Below, piece by piece: positions 1-13,043 of a stretch of 64,000 nucleotides of DNA; position 1 is the stretch's first letter; every line of letters starts with the position of its first letter. The translations under genes and the position numbers were made by a program. Below the pieces are notes generated by a model. The model had not been told where the DNA came from, did no database searches, and worked only from the letters and a program-made list of their open reading frames with translations. The stretch covers positions 57,536,001 through 57,600,000 of the forward strand of contig OZ024742.1 of the NCBI GenBank assembly GCA_964016885.1, read 5' to 3'. Origin of the DNA: Eledone cirrhosa. Taxonomy: Eukaryota.

Positions 1-430
1 TCAGGCATAGCTCCCCAACTCTGATTAAACTGATTAGAGTTAAAGCCATATATAAGTGCTTCGAGCGTTTTGTACTGCAATTGCATTGGACCGAACATAC
101 TCTCAATCAGAAAGTAAAGTAAGCGAAGAAAAAATTAGGGGTAAACAAAATACAGTATTATAGAATTTAATGAGCTGGAGAATAAAACAAATATAAATGA
201 ATAAATAAATAAATAATTAATTAAATAATTAAGTAAACATGAAGTCTACAAATTATGAAATTTCCTGACATATAGAGGTTGGTGCACGTTTGATTCTATA
301 TCCACCATTGAAAAATATTACCCAATCCCACAATTGATGGAATGGTATTTTTTTTAACACACACACATATATATATATATATTATATGTATTATTTATGT
401 ATATATATATATATATATGTGTATTATATA

Positions 431-738
431 CATATGGCTTAGTGGTTAGAGTGTTGGACTTGCAACCGAGCGGTTGTGAGTCGACCGGGTACTGCTTTGT
501 GTCCTTGAGCAAGACATTTTATTTCACCTTGCTCCAGTTCACTCAGCTGTAGAAATAAGTTGCGACGTCACTGGTGCCAAGTTGTCATTGCCTTTCCCTC
601 GGACAACATCGGTGACGTGGAGAAGGAAACTGGTATGTGTGGGCGACTGCTGGTCTTCCACAAATAACCTTGTCCGGACTTGTGCCTCGGCGGAGAACTT
701 TCTAGGTCATTCATGACTGAAGGGTGTCGTTACCCTTT
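431..738 (+). mobile_element. tRNA-derived SINE (family A)
   Basis: A-box-like TGGCTTAGTGGTTAG, degenerate B-box, central GTGTCCTTGAGCAAGAC block typical of conserved-core SINEs; second copy at 49746-50030 shares the body. Confidence 0.8.
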
Positions 739-929
739 ATATATATATATGGGGGGGGGGGTGAATACATACATGCATACATGACCTTAAGCGAGATGAC
801 AGAAACTAATTGAATAACAAACACATTTATATATGTGTGTGTGCGGGAATATGCGTGTGTATGTATGTATGTATGTATGTATATATACATATACATTTAT
901 GAATGTGTGTATGTATGAATGTATATATG

Positions 930-1430
930 TCAGGTCGCTCTCGGGTGCTACTGGTAACATGTAACCCAGTACAACCTGTCTCATGGTCGGGTCGTCGGCG
1001 ACTAAACCGGCAACCCCACCAAGCTTGCTTGGTGAGGAGGGTGATATTTGGACACCCTGCGGTATGAAATACAAGACCCAGCAAAGGGTGGAAGAACTTA
1101 GCAGAGTCAACGGCCATCCAAAAAGTACTTCTTTTTTTACCTGGGAGTGAAAGGCCCCCCAGTTGTTGTCACAACACCTTTCTAAGAGAGAGAAACTGTG
1201 AGAAAAAACCTGCGGCTTCGGAAGCATTCGATGATGTTGACCAGCTCTCCTTTTCGGGTAGTGTTTTCGATACTCAGAGAGTGGGATTGGTCGAGTGCAG
1301 GGTTTTCCCCACTTAAAAACCTTCAAAGCACAGACATTGCTTGTTCAGGATCTGTTACAGGTTCGTGTGGCTGGCTGTAGCCTAAAGGTGAACCATTTTC
1401 TGTAATACGATTGCAATACTCTTAGCAGTG
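930..1430 (+). mobile_element. GC-richer repeat fragment, possibly the 5' leader of an RTE-type LINE
   Basis: Abrupt GC rise after a TATG microsatellite; general resemblance to RTE 5' UTRs; no recognisable protein domain. Confidence 0.3.
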
Positions 1431-1486
1431 TTTGCAGTTATTATGTATGAATTACGTACGTACGTCTATAAGTATCTATGCATGTA

Positions 1487-2734
1487 TGAGGTTTGTCCCA
1501 AAAGTAAAGATACTGATGTTTTGTTTAAATGTATATTAAACGTACATGAAATTGCGACACTTAGGAAGTCACACAGTGATTCCAACGTTTTTCCATTAGT
1601 CGTAGTAGTACCAAAAGTCATTTTCTGTGAGTGTCCTCAATTTTTTGTATGTTTTCCACACTCCTAAAATGATGATCCTTCAACTTAGAGAAGAGGTATA
1701 AACCATACAGAGCTAGATCTATGCTGCATGGAGGATGTGGAAGAGTGAGAATGTTTTTCTTCGCTAGAAATTGTCTAATTGAAAGTGCTGTGTGAACAGG
1801 CATGTAATCGTGATGCAGTACCCAACCTCCTGCAATGTCCTTTCAGACTCGTTGGAGCCGTTTTCGAAGTCGTTGCAAGGCATCTTTGTAAAAAGTGCGA
1901 TTAACTGTCTGTCCAGGAGGTAAATATTCTTTGTGACCAATACCACGGCTATTGAAAAAAATGATAATCATCGTTTTCACCCTGGATCTGCTCATGTATG
2001 CTTCTTCGAACGAGGATTTTTAGTGTGCCACTCCTCACTTTGCCTTTTTTTTTTCTCTGGATTGTACTCGAACACCCATGATTCATCTCCTGCTATTACT
2101 TTATCCAAGAAATTTGACTCAATTTTGAGTTTTTCTAGTAAATCCTGACAAATTTTCAGCCTGTTCGCTTTTTGCTCCACAGACAAGTATTTGGGAACTA
2201 GTTTCACACAAATGTTTCGCATGTGCAAATGGTCAGTTAAAATTCAGTGAACAACATTTTTATTCAAGCCCGTTTCTTCTGTAACCATCCTAACACTTAA
2301 TCGGTAATCATTGGCTATCACCACTCGCACCACTTCCACATTTTCTTCATTTGTTGACAAGATTGACCTTCAAGAACGAGGCTGATTTTAACATTTTCTC
2401 GGCCCTCTGAAAGCTTTGTGCCACTTAAAAACCTTACTTCTTAATAGAGTCGCATCTCCAGAAGCTCGTATTCAAGAATTAATGTTTCAGTGGCAAATTT
2501 GATCGCGTACCGTTGTTCGATATTTTCCAGCATCGCAAGCGTAACATAGCTTATATATATACGTCTGTACATAAACAGCAATAACTGACGATTGACTCAA
2601 TCGATCATGTTGAAACAATTATGTACGTCGTACAGCCAATGTTATAACCAACACGCCTATATACATCAACGAGGTGCTTCATTGCTATATCGTACTTAAG
2701 AAAATAAGTACCTTTACTTTTGGGACAAACATCG
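1487..2734 (-). mobile_element. Full-length but decayed mariner (Tc1/mariner) DNA transposon
   Basis: 28-bp TIRs TGAGGTTTGTCCCAAAAGTAAAGATACT (1487) and AGTACCTTTACTTTTGGGACAAACATCG (ends 2734), TA on both sides, 1248 bp long. Confidence 0.93.
1618..2480 (-). pseudogene. Frameshifted mariner DD34D transposase
   Basis: Fragments VIAGDESWVFEYNPE (ITGDESW motif), KLVPKYLS (WVPH-like) and HPPCSIDLA..LFSKLK (HPPYSPDLAP motif) in different frames. Confidence 0.9.
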
Positions 2735-3024
2735 TATACATATATATATATATGTATGCACATATGTATATATATATACATACATGTATTTGTATGTATG
2801 TGTATACGTAGTATGTCATTTATCAAAGCCGAACTAAATCCCACATTTTTTGTTTAATTATTTTTAACTTAATAAACAGCTAATATTAATGGCCCGTAAT
2901 AAATTAAATTACATAAGAGGAGCGTTTGTTGTTTCAAATTTTAAATCTTATTAATCAAAATTATTTCATTGAGTGAAGCTGCATTTGAAATGTGTTTTCA
3001 TCATTTCATTTAAGACTTCTGTAT

Positions 3025-3380
3025 GAAGGCAGCATAGCCGAAAGGTTTTGAGGTTTATTTTGCAGCCATTAGATCCTGGGTTCGATCCCACTACTGAGTA
3101 TCTTCAGCAAATTTCATTTACCATAGCCTCGGGTCAACGCAAACCTTTATTGAGTGAAACTGGGTAAACGGAAACTGTTTGGAAGCCTGTTGGATGGACT
3201 GTAACCGTAACTCAAAGGGTCAACTTATTCACACACTACGTTACGCTGAATCTCTCGTATGTAAGGGCCCACATGTCTGTGGAATGTTCAGCCACTTATA
3301 CGTTAATTTCAAGAGTAGGCTGTTCTGGTGTTTGAACAACTGGGACACTCCTTGACCAAACCTACGGAGGTCCATTCCAC
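3025..3380 (+). mobile_element. tRNA-derived SINE (family B)
   Basis: A-box TAGCCGAAAGG, B-box GGTTCGATCCC; body GAGTGAAACTGGGTA.ACGGAAACTGTTTGGAAGCC shared with the copy at 42825-43410. Confidence 0.8.
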
Positions 3381-3457
3381 TTCTGTACACTAATTTGCCG
3401 AGTCTTCTATTTTATCCTGATGCTTAATACTGTTTGTTTTTTTTATTTATGAATGCT

Positions 3458-3635
3458 TGGTAGGTGAATTGCCACAATCATTAGAGCGTCGGACAAAATG
3501 CTTTTCAGCATATGTTCTGACACTTTACGTTCTGTGTTCAAATCCTGCCTAGGTCAACTCTGCCTTTCATCCTTCTGAGTTCGATAAAATAAAGTACCCA
3601 TTTCTTGGCCGTGTACCTAAATTAGAAACCAATAT
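3458..3635 (+). mobile_element. SINE (family C)
   Basis: GTTCAAATCC B-box followed by GGTCAACTCTGCCTTTCATCC...GATAAAATAAAGTACC, a block recurring many times in the window. Confidence 0.8.
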
Positions 3636-3999
3636 TCATGACTGCTACTTCAATTAAATAGTAGTTAATTAAATCGATCTCAGTACATCATTGATGAATA
3701 TTTGTATCGATTTCGAAGAAACAAACAAAATGTAACTTGCCTGGTCTTGAACTCAGAAAATAATTATAGATCGAACAACTATAGGTCCGCCATACACAGG
3801 ATTGAAACCGAAACCTTGTGAACTCCTTATTTTTTATATTATTTTGTTAATTATGATTTGAAAGAAACAATTCACAGTTGGCGTAACACGTGATGGTTCA
3901 AATGTTTCTGTTATAAATGGAAGTGTCAAACATTCTAACCAGTCTCGGTAGACAGACCAACATCTCATCTTCTAATGAGCCATACACGCGCACATTCAC

Positions 4000-4116
4000 A
4001 ATATATATATATACATATTTATATATATATATATATATATATTTATATGTATATTTATATATATATTTATATTTATATATTTATATATATATGTATATAT
4101 TTATATATATATATAA
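4000..4116. repeat. Imperfect (TA)n microsatellite
   Basis: Direct reading. Confidence 0.95.
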
Positions 4117-4544
4117 ACTTTAATAAAGACACACACACAATGCTATTCACGACGAAATATCACATTTAGTGAGAAGGTTATAGAATATGTTGGCTGTGTT
4201 GGACAATCTCACATTATCAAATGTTGCATGTAATAACACACTACTGATGAAACAGTGAAATGTGCCAACAGCATTTATCTGTGTGTTAACAGCCAAATCA
4301 TATGTTACGATTGGAAAAGTCCATGTCTGTTGATGCCAAAATCGAGATAAACTTTATGGTTATATTCCCGAGAACAATTCGACATCAGCAGTTACTACTA
4401 TTCTTTGTATCCTGAAATCCTACTTTAGTTGTTGGGGCGCTATCATGGCATTTTAAATCTGGCGCAACCTATCCCTCTCCCAGTTTGAACATGGACGATT
4501 TCCTATGGCGAATCAGAAAAAGAGAGAGAAAGTAAGAAACAGAG

Positions 4545-4705
4545 GTCCTGGAAGAATCGATCCCAGCACTTGACTGGTACTTTATTTATCAGCTTCGGAA
4601 TGATGAATGGCAAAGTTAACCTCTGTGGAATTTGAACTCACGGTGCAGAATAGCACAAAGCATTCCATCCAGCCTTCTAACAACTCTACTAATCCACCGC
4701 CTTCA
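4545..4705 (-). mobile_element. SINE (family C), reverse copy
   Basis: CTGGTACTTTATTTATC...GGCAAAGTTAACCTC..GGAATTTGAACTCA is the reverse complement of the family C block. Confidence 0.75.
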
Positions 4706-4719
4706 ACGGCTTTTAAAGC

Positions 4720-5135
4720 AACAGTGTAGTATTAAAACAGTTGTTGTTAACATTATTCAGTAAATAGAGTGTGTATTAAAGCTGCAGTTAACGCATGATG
4801 TAGTTTACTCAGTTCATAAACAATAGTAACGTTAACATTACAGTCAACACACATCAGCAATTAATAGTGTTAACTGACAACCAATATTCTGTATATCACA
4901 TCCACATTTAACATAGTTAAGTACAAAGTAGTTTTGTGAGAATCAAGTGTTTGTCACAGCAAGAGTTAACTAACTACAGTTAACGTATTACAGTTAACAC
5001 ATTACTATAATTAACATACTACAGTTGTCACTTTACAGTTAACACACTACAGTTAACACACTACAGCATTACAGTCAACACACTAGAGACAACACGCTAC
5101 AATCATCATGCTAGGGACAACACACTACAGCTAAT
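4720..5135. repeat. Degenerate ~14-bp minisatellite (ACAGTTAACACACT-like)
   Basis: Recurrent ACAGTTAAC/ACAGTCAAC + ACACT, clearest at 4970-5130. Confidence 0.75.
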
Positions 5136-6639
5136 TTGTAAGTCGCTAAACATTCTATATACACGTATCGGACCTGCCAACCTCTAAAATCCAAAACGGG
5201 GAGTACCATGAAAAAAACGGAGTACCATGAAATGAGGCAAAATGGGGAGATTTTACATAATGAAAGCTATACCCATTTTCATAAGAGAAGACATCTAATT
5301 TTCAGGGAGATTCAGTTTGACAGCGTGTGACAAGGCTGGCTCTTTGAATTATAGGTACAATCCATCGTACAGGCTTCCAAATAGTTTCCGTCTAACCTAT
5401 TTCACTCACAAGGCATGGGTCAACCAATATGCCACGCTGTGGGATTGAATCCGGGGCATAATGATTGCGAAGAGAATCTCTTAACCATTCGACCACGCTG
5501 CGTCCACACACTTCATTTAACGCACTACTGAAGTTTACACAGCTGAAAAATCACAATATATATCTCAGAAATAAGTAACACACTAGAGTAGTTCTACATA
5601 GCATGAATTGCCACAAAAGCAATTATAGTAATGGATTCTTTAATTCAAGCAATATTTTTCTGGCTTTTGATTTAAACTTTAAAATTATTAAGAATGAAAT
5701 TTTTTCATCAATTGGGTGGGGAACGGAAATTGAAACCAAATAAAAACAATTCTAAAACGTAAAATTGAAATTCGAACTCGAGTTGAAATGAAGATTAAAA
5801 AATACAAAAATCTTTTATCGACTTAAATTTGCATTTCAGCTTTTTTTAATGAAATGATAGTCAGACTCCACATCTGAGAAGATCGATTTATAATATTGAC
5901 AGAGTCAAATTTTGCAGTAAGATATAATCGATTATATCAACCCATAACTTAAGTGACACTTTAATTTATCAAGCTCAGAAAAAGAAAAGGCCAAGAAGCT
6001 GACTTCAGTTGGTTTTGAGCACATCACGTAAAAGGCCGTAACGTAATATCTTAAGGTGATTTATCTGACATTTTAACCAATCTACCAATCTATCACCCGA
6101 TAATATTAAATCTCGTCTGTCTCTTTTCATTTAAATTTAAAAACTCCTAGGTTAATTTTGACTGTCTTCAAATCCAGTTAAAGAATGTTAATTGATAAGG
6201 TTTGTGAAACAAGGAAACCGTTGTTTAACTTCAATTGTGAACAGTACATCAATAATTCAATACAAGCTAGGACATAAAATCCCTAGTAACAAGTCAATTG
6301 GAATTTTTTCAATTAAACATTTATCAATTTATCAAGAAGAAATGAAAGCCTCACAAAATATCTGTGAGATTCTGTATTGCACGTTCTCGTTTCTTTTGGT
6401 TCGTTTTGATGTTATTCTTCTTCACTTACGTTTAACTCTTTCAATACCGACCCGGCTAAAACCGACTTTCTCTCACTCTCTTTCTATATTCCCTTCTCTC
6501 TCTCTCTCTCTCTAATAATGTCCAGCTTCTTAAATCTTTGAACAGAAATTCACAGACCACATCGAGACCTTTAAAATATCTTCCAATGAGTGGGGTCATG
6601 ACCCAGTAATATATTCGGGAACACCAAAAACACACTGTG

Positions 6640-6844
6640 CCTTTTTTTTCAAATCTTTCCCTGGGGAATGTTGTAGAAAATATTGGATAACGGGTAGCCA
6701 CTCCAGTATATTCTTTCTACAATATCCCGAAGATGTATTGATTTTTTTTTCCATGGGTTCACAAGGATTTATACATGACAGAGTAATACTTTTTTTTCTT
6801 ACATAATACTTTGTCTTTTCAAGAAAGAAAACTTCTTCCAGCAT
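6640..6844 (-). pseudogene. Probable piggyBac (PGBD4-like) transposase remnant
   Basis: RYPIFSTTFPRERFE resembles the piggyBac PIF..TMSR.RF motif; upstream frame EKTKYYVRK..SCINPCEPMEKK..TSSG resembles ETN.YA.Q..SRI..W.P....E...F.G. Confidence 0.45.
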
Positions 6845-8159
6845 TGTTTCTTTTTTTTTTTTTTATATGTTGAGATTTTACGTTAAAGACAATTAAAGTG
6901 CTATTATTAATTCAACGATCCGTTGGTGTGCTAAATGCCACGCATATGTTCACTGAATGTGAGAAATTTTTCGATGGTGAGAAATGGTGTGATATATATA
7001 TATTTTTTTTTTTTTTTTTTTTTCGTGTATTGATTCTTATAGTTTATTAATTTAATGAACGGGAAGTCTGATAATTCAGCTACTAACTTTTTCAATTAGT
7101 TTGGTGAATGATTGGATTGTTTTTATAAGCACGAGAGCAATTTAAGTAGATAGGGTGGTATAATCGTTGGAATTAACTGAGTTTACGTTTTTCCCCAAAC
7201 TCCAGAGACAGAGTCTACCACAGCGACATTTAAGTACATAGAAAAATTAAATAATTACTTCGATTTTTGACAGAAGGGGGAGAATGTAGTCGCCATATTA
7301 CAGATTGTTTTTTTCTACTTCCTGAAGTGTTGAAAAATAAAATCAAACGCCGCCGCGTGATTTCAACTCAAAACCTATATAAATGGATGTAAGTAAATAC
7401 CACAAGGCACTGTTTTTTCTTTCACTCATCGCTTGATCTGCAAAAAATCACATTATACCATCTTAAATTAAGAAAAGATATTGTATTCTGCATGACCGAA
7501 TACATTTATAGAATGAAATTTATGACTGATACAATATGACAGGGGGACCAGTGATAAAGTAGATTGATTGGGTTTGGCCGATAGAAGGGAACAAGTCGTG
7601 GGCAGGTTGGCTGGGTTTAACTGACACAAGGGATGGAGTGATGGGTAGATTAGCTGGTTTTGAGAGATTTAAAATGTAGTAGGGAACAGGCAACACAATG
7701 CGGTTGTTATGTTAGAGAATAAAGACTAATGTTCAGATATTTGCACGTTAATTTCACCAGAGGCTGTTTCCATTGGTCAAACAGCTGGAACACTCTTCGT
7801 CGAAACAGATGGAAGCCCAATTTATGTATATATGTATGTTTACTTATGTTTATATATATATGTTTATATATATGTATGTGTATTTATGTATGTCGATATA
7901 TATGGAAAAAAACTGCAGTTTTTAATAAGAGCAGAAATGAATGCTTGAAAGATTTCACAGCTCTAACATCAATCCTTTATAATCAGCCTATGAACTTTTC
8001 AGCGAACCCTCGTATATAGAAAACAGGCTGACGTATGAAACATTAGGAATATTTGAAATTTGAGAGGTAGTCGTCATAACGCAAATGACCATAATAAAAG
8101 TCGATCACCATTATTTATACTAATCAACTGTTATGCTCATTTGGAACAACATTTCAAAT

Positions 8160-8645
8160 TTGTGTGTCTATGTATATATATATATATACGTGTGTGTGTG
8201 TGTGTGTGTATGTGTGTGTCTGTATGTATGTGTGTGTGAATGTGCTTGTGTGGGAGTGTATATGTGTGTGTGTATATACACACATACATGCTCCTTCACA
8301 CACACACATATATATATGTGTGTGTGTGAATGTACTTGTGTGGGAGCGTATATGTATGTGTGCTAGAGTAGTTATGTATGTGAGAGAGATATATATAGAG
8401 TAGTTATATATGTGAGAGAGATATTATGTGTGTGAGTGTGGGTCTGTGTGAGTGTGTATATGAGTGAGTGTATATATGGGTGTATGAGTGTATGTGCATA
8501 TATATGTGTGAGTGAGAGTGTGTATGTGAATGTGAATGTATGTATGATTGTGTGTGTATGTGTGTGTATGTATGTACATATATGTATGTGAATGTGTGTA
8601 CGTGGGAGAGTGAGTGAATGTGAGTGTGAATCACTGTGTGTGTTG
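8160..8645. repeat. Compound TG/TA/GA low-complexity tract with a short internal duplication
   Basis: Direct reading; GTGAATGT.CTTGTGTGGGAG occurs twice (about 8236 and 8326). Confidence 0.9.
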
Positions 8646-9137
8646 CGGTATGGTTAAAACATTTTGCAAAATTCTGTTGTTTAATTTAGTTTGCTTGTAC
8701 TTAGCTTATAATATTTTTATATTTATATTTTCTTTTTATATTCTATTTGGTCTGGTGATGTTTTTGGTTGAGATAGTCAAGTAATGTATTTGTTTCATCA
8801 AATCATGATTAAGTCGTTAACTGTTCTGTTGATCAGTGCATATAACCGTTCGGAAATGTTCAGTTTGCTCGGGTTAGTACGATGATTGCTTAATGGTATC
8901 GTGGTCTAATGACTAAGCTCTGTAATAGGCAATGAAGACAGATGAAAACTGTCCCGCGCTTCATAAATCATCTGGTAATGTGGACGCTGAAGTAATGAAA
9001 TAATATTGACATACAGGTTCCTTCGTTTAATCAATATAAGGCCAGCATTCGGAGAGATAGATTGACGGAGTGATGGAGCGACGGAGTGATGGACATACAG
9101 AGAGATTGACAGTGGGATAGGCAGGCGGATAAATAGA

Positions 9138-9275
9138 TTTCTAGTATAGGCACAAGGCCAGTAATTTTGGGGGAGGGGAAAGTCGATTAAATGGACCCCA
9201 CTACGTTACTGGTGCTTTATTTTATTGACCCCTTAAGAATGAAAGGTAAAGTTAACCTCGGCAGGATTTGACCAT
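9138..9275 (-). mobile_element. SINE (family C), reverse copy next to the Tx1 array
   Basis: GGCACAAGGCCAG...CTGGTGCTTTATTTTATTGACCCC...GAAAGGTAAAGTTAACCTCGGCAGGATTTGA. Confidence 0.8.
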
Positions 9276-9588
9276 AACTCTATGCAGATACTGCCAACCC
9301 GAGAGAGGTATGTATGTAGATAGGTAAGTAGATAAATATGTTTCTTTATTAGCCACGGGGGCATAAAAGAAGGGGACAAATACAAAGGAGGAAGTTTACA
9401 TACAATAAAAACGTGTAAAATGTTATCACAAATGCAATTTAAAAAGTTAGTCGATTTTCCCCAATAGAGGGAGACAGTTTATATGGGTAACACATACCCC
9501 CGAAAAAATGTGCAACCCTCATCTCCAGGAGTACGAAGAGTTTGTACTCCTTTCCTCTCCTCCTCCTTTTCCTCAACCTACAGGCTGA

Positions 9589-12500
9589 TATAGAGAGAAG
9601 GCCCATTCACTCGGGTATTCTCGCCACTTTCACCCACCTTTCATAAAACTTGCTGGGGTACAGCACCTCTCTCTCCATCCTGATTCTTCTTCCAAAGTGG
9701 TATTTGAAAAAAAGAATCAGTTGTTGGCCGGAGAGAAAGGTGTCTGACCTCAACCCTTTCAACCTTGTCCACCATACAACCTCTTTCGCCATAGCTATCA
9801 CACAAAGGAAAACCGCCTCTCCTTCGTTTTTGAAGGAGGGTGGCGGTTTGATCATGACAATGGACTCGGTGATCAACCGGATTGGTCCCACCCGCGACAA
9901 TAGTCGTTCTACATAGCCCCACAGGTCAGTGACGCCCGGGCAGTGTATGAATGCGTGCTCGACGGTTTCTTCGTCTCGCCCGCACCTCGGACAGATCTTT
10001 TTTGCAGGGTCCCTGCCCGGGCGCCCATGTCTGTAGAGCTTGTCTCGAACTGGTAGAGCTCCTCGGTAGCACTGCCAGGCCAGGGACTTTTGGAAGTTGT
10101 CCATCGGTCCCGGGCGGAAGGTCCTACCGAACAGACTGGCCAGTTCATCTTCCTCTACGCCTAGAGTTTCACCGAGCGCGTCGTCGCACTTGCTGCGGAT
10201 CAACCCTCTATAGAATGACGAAGTGGAGTCTCCACTGATCGCCGGGTCTGCCTGCCAGAGGGCTGTGAGCGCCTGAGCACATTCGATGTGCCAGTCGCCC
10301 ATTTTCCTCGGTCTTTGCTTGACTCAGGACTGCAGCTCGGTCAGCGAGACGAGTCGTGGGAAGGCTCGCCTGACGAACGGGGTCCACACCGGTTGTCCGG
10401 TGAGGAATACGTAGAGATGCCGCAGCCTGAACGCGTGTTTGCGCATCGTCAACCACGGCATCCCCAGCCCTCCGTTAGAAGGGTGTTGGCAGCAGATGGA
10501 TCTTCTCACCAAAGGAGCCCGTCTCTTCCAAAGGAATTGGAAGAGCGCGCGCTCCATTTTGGCGAGCGTTTTGGCTGGACAAGGCACGACGGTCAAGCGG
10601 TAGTAGATGGCGGACGCTATAAAAGTGTTCGCCACCTCCGCTCGACCTTTCAAGGATAGTTTGCACTCGGCCCACTTCTGGGTGAGTGCAAACACCTTGG
10701 CCGTCACTTCGTTCAAGTTCTTCTCCACCTGGAGGTCCGGAACAAACCAGACCCCGAGCAGCTTTACCGGTCCTTCCGTCCAGCGTCCGACGACGCCATC
10801 GGAAGGCATCGGTTTGCCTCTCCACGATCCGAGTTGCAAACCGATGGACTTGTCCCGGTTCAGCTTCGCTCCTGTGAAACTTTCGTATTCCTTCAGTAAG
10901 GTGCCGACTTCCTCGATTTGCGAGGCGCTCGACACCATTACTGTCACGTCGTCGGCGTAGGCCGACGCCGTTTTCCGCAGTCCCGGTTCCAAAGGGATGC
11001 CCTGCAATAGCTCCAACTTCCGCAGTAGTGGCTCGAGAGTCAGTACGTACAGAAGGGAGGAGAGGGGGCATCCCTGTCGAATGGATCGCGTAATATGGAA
11101 CGGCTCCGAGAGGTAGCCGTTCACCTTGACCCTTGAGCAGATGTTGCTGTTGTGCATTGCAGAAATCCAGCCCCTGAACACGAGTCCGAAGCCTGCCGCC
11201 TCGAGCACCGCATCCAGGTAACGATGGTCAACCCTATCGAAAGCCTTAGACTGATCCAAGTTGATCAGGGCCCCACCGAAGCCGGGTTTACACCCTACCT
11301 TCTCTATGATGTATCGCATGAGGTGGAGGTTGTCGTGTATGGATCTGGTCGGGATTGCGCATGTCTGCGCTTCTCCCACCAGGTTCTCGACGACAAGCGC
11401 CAGCCTCTTTGCCAACACCTTGGTCAAAATCTGTAACTCTGTGTTTAGCAGAGTTATGGGTCGGAAGTTGCCTATGTCATCCCCCTTATTCTCGTCCTTC
11501 CTGATTAGTGTGACCACGCCCCCGGTTACAGAACTGGGAATTCTCCCGTTCTGTTGCCAGTTGCAGTAGACCGTTTCCAGGAGACCGGAGAATAAGTCCG
11601 GCATTGCTACGTAAAATTCGAAGGGTAGACCGTCGAGACCTGGAGATTTGCGTTTGCCGCATTGGCTCAGCGCGTCCCTTATCTCAGCGGCTGAAATCGG
11701 CTTTTCGCAGAACTTTGCCTCGCTGTCCGAGAGTCGCGGTAGGCCGTCGAGGTATGGACCGAAATCCATAGCCCCTCCCGGCGCGCCGGCCCGCCCGAAC
11801 AATTGAGAAAAGTGCCGCTGAAAGGCCGCACACATCTGCTTCGGCTCACGTATCACGCGTCGGTTTTGGTCCTTCAAAGACCGAATCGTGGACTTGTTGC
11901 CACTTTTTGCCTCCGTCACTCGAGCCCAGCTAACAGCTTTGGCTCCCTCGTTTCCCAGAGCACGTATTTTGCTTCTGACAACGCAGCCCTCGTGCTTTGC
12001 GTCGAAGAACTGGTCCAAGGCCGTTCTCCTTGCTAGCACGCTGGGTACGTTGCCACTTCTAATTGCTTCTTCTACTTTATCTACCAGTTCCTTCTCGGTT
12101 CTATTTCTATCTAACGCTAATTCTTTACTAAAAACTAACGAGTCTTATCTAACTGCCCTCTTGAGAGAGTACCACCATCTGTTGTTGACAATGGCCCCTG
12201 TCAAGTGCTGTTTAACTAAAGTGCTAATCCGTCTACTGTAGGCTTTGCTTGTCGGTAACGACAAGTTCAGCTTCGAGTAGCCGGGTCCTTGTCTATGGGT
12301 TCTATCAAGGTTGGCCATGCAGGTCACTAGTTTGTGATCTGAATAGGCAACCATGAACATTTGTGGACAGCTTAACATGTCCCTATCCTTATTTCTAACT
12401 AGAACCCTATCTAGGTACGATCTAGATGTTCCGCTACGATTAGTCCACGTCCACAGTAGCGCAGTCGGAAAATCTAGTCGATATCTATCGGCCAGGTCAA

Positions 12501-13010
12501 ATCGGTCGATTAAATGTTTGAGGCTGTTACACCCCTTTATCGGGACATGCTCCCACATAGTCCCAACGTGCATCTAGGATTCCATTCCAGTCCCCCACTA
12601 AAAGCAAGGAGCGGGACGTTCCCAGAAAAGTCTCTAGACGTTTGAAGAAGTCTGGCCGCGGTGTCTCGGGTGGGGCATATGCGGCCACCAGCCTGAAGGC
12701 TCCACCTTCACTACCGTCAACGTCTAGGACCACCAGTCGACCCTCCGGGTCCAGATGTACCGTCTGTGTTACGAGACTCAGATGTTTCCGCAGCAAAACG
12801 GCAACTCCGCCCCCACCCCCGGCCGACAGAGAGATGCGTAGATCTCAAAGTCATCGAAGATGGGGGCCAGCTGTCGCTCGTTGTGGATCCTGGACTCGCA
12901 AATGGCTACCACATCCATACTGTGCGACCTGAGGTCGTTTAAGAGTTGCCCTGTTTCCAGGGCATCCCCAGGCCGCGTACGTTCACACATCCAACTCTTA
13001 TATTGACCAT
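9589..13010 (-). pseudogene. Copy A ORF2 (APE endonuclease + reverse transcriptase + CCHC), broken by stops and frameshifts
   Basis: GDWN, YLDR, SDH; KSPGLDG, FRPITLLN, LDQSKAFDRV, RQGCPLS, AYADD; CPRC..ETVEHAFIHC. Confidence 0.95.
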
Positions 13011-13043
13011 GTTGGTGCTGAAAAGTTAAAAGAGGAAAAGAGA

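Noticed and set aside
431-500. tRNA genes at A/B-box motifs (also 3030, 37415, 42830, 44750, 49750)
   Set aside because: No cloverleaf; each continues into a SINE body.
4244-4270. CTGATGAAACAGTGAAA as a hammerhead
   Set aside because: Only 6 nt for stem II and no stem I or III pairing.
6545-6806. Open plus-strand frame after a pyrimidine tract as a host exon; in-frame TGA on the minus strand as selenocysteine
   Set aside because: Better explained as a decayed piggyBac-like fragment and its antisense; no donor site or SECIS seen.
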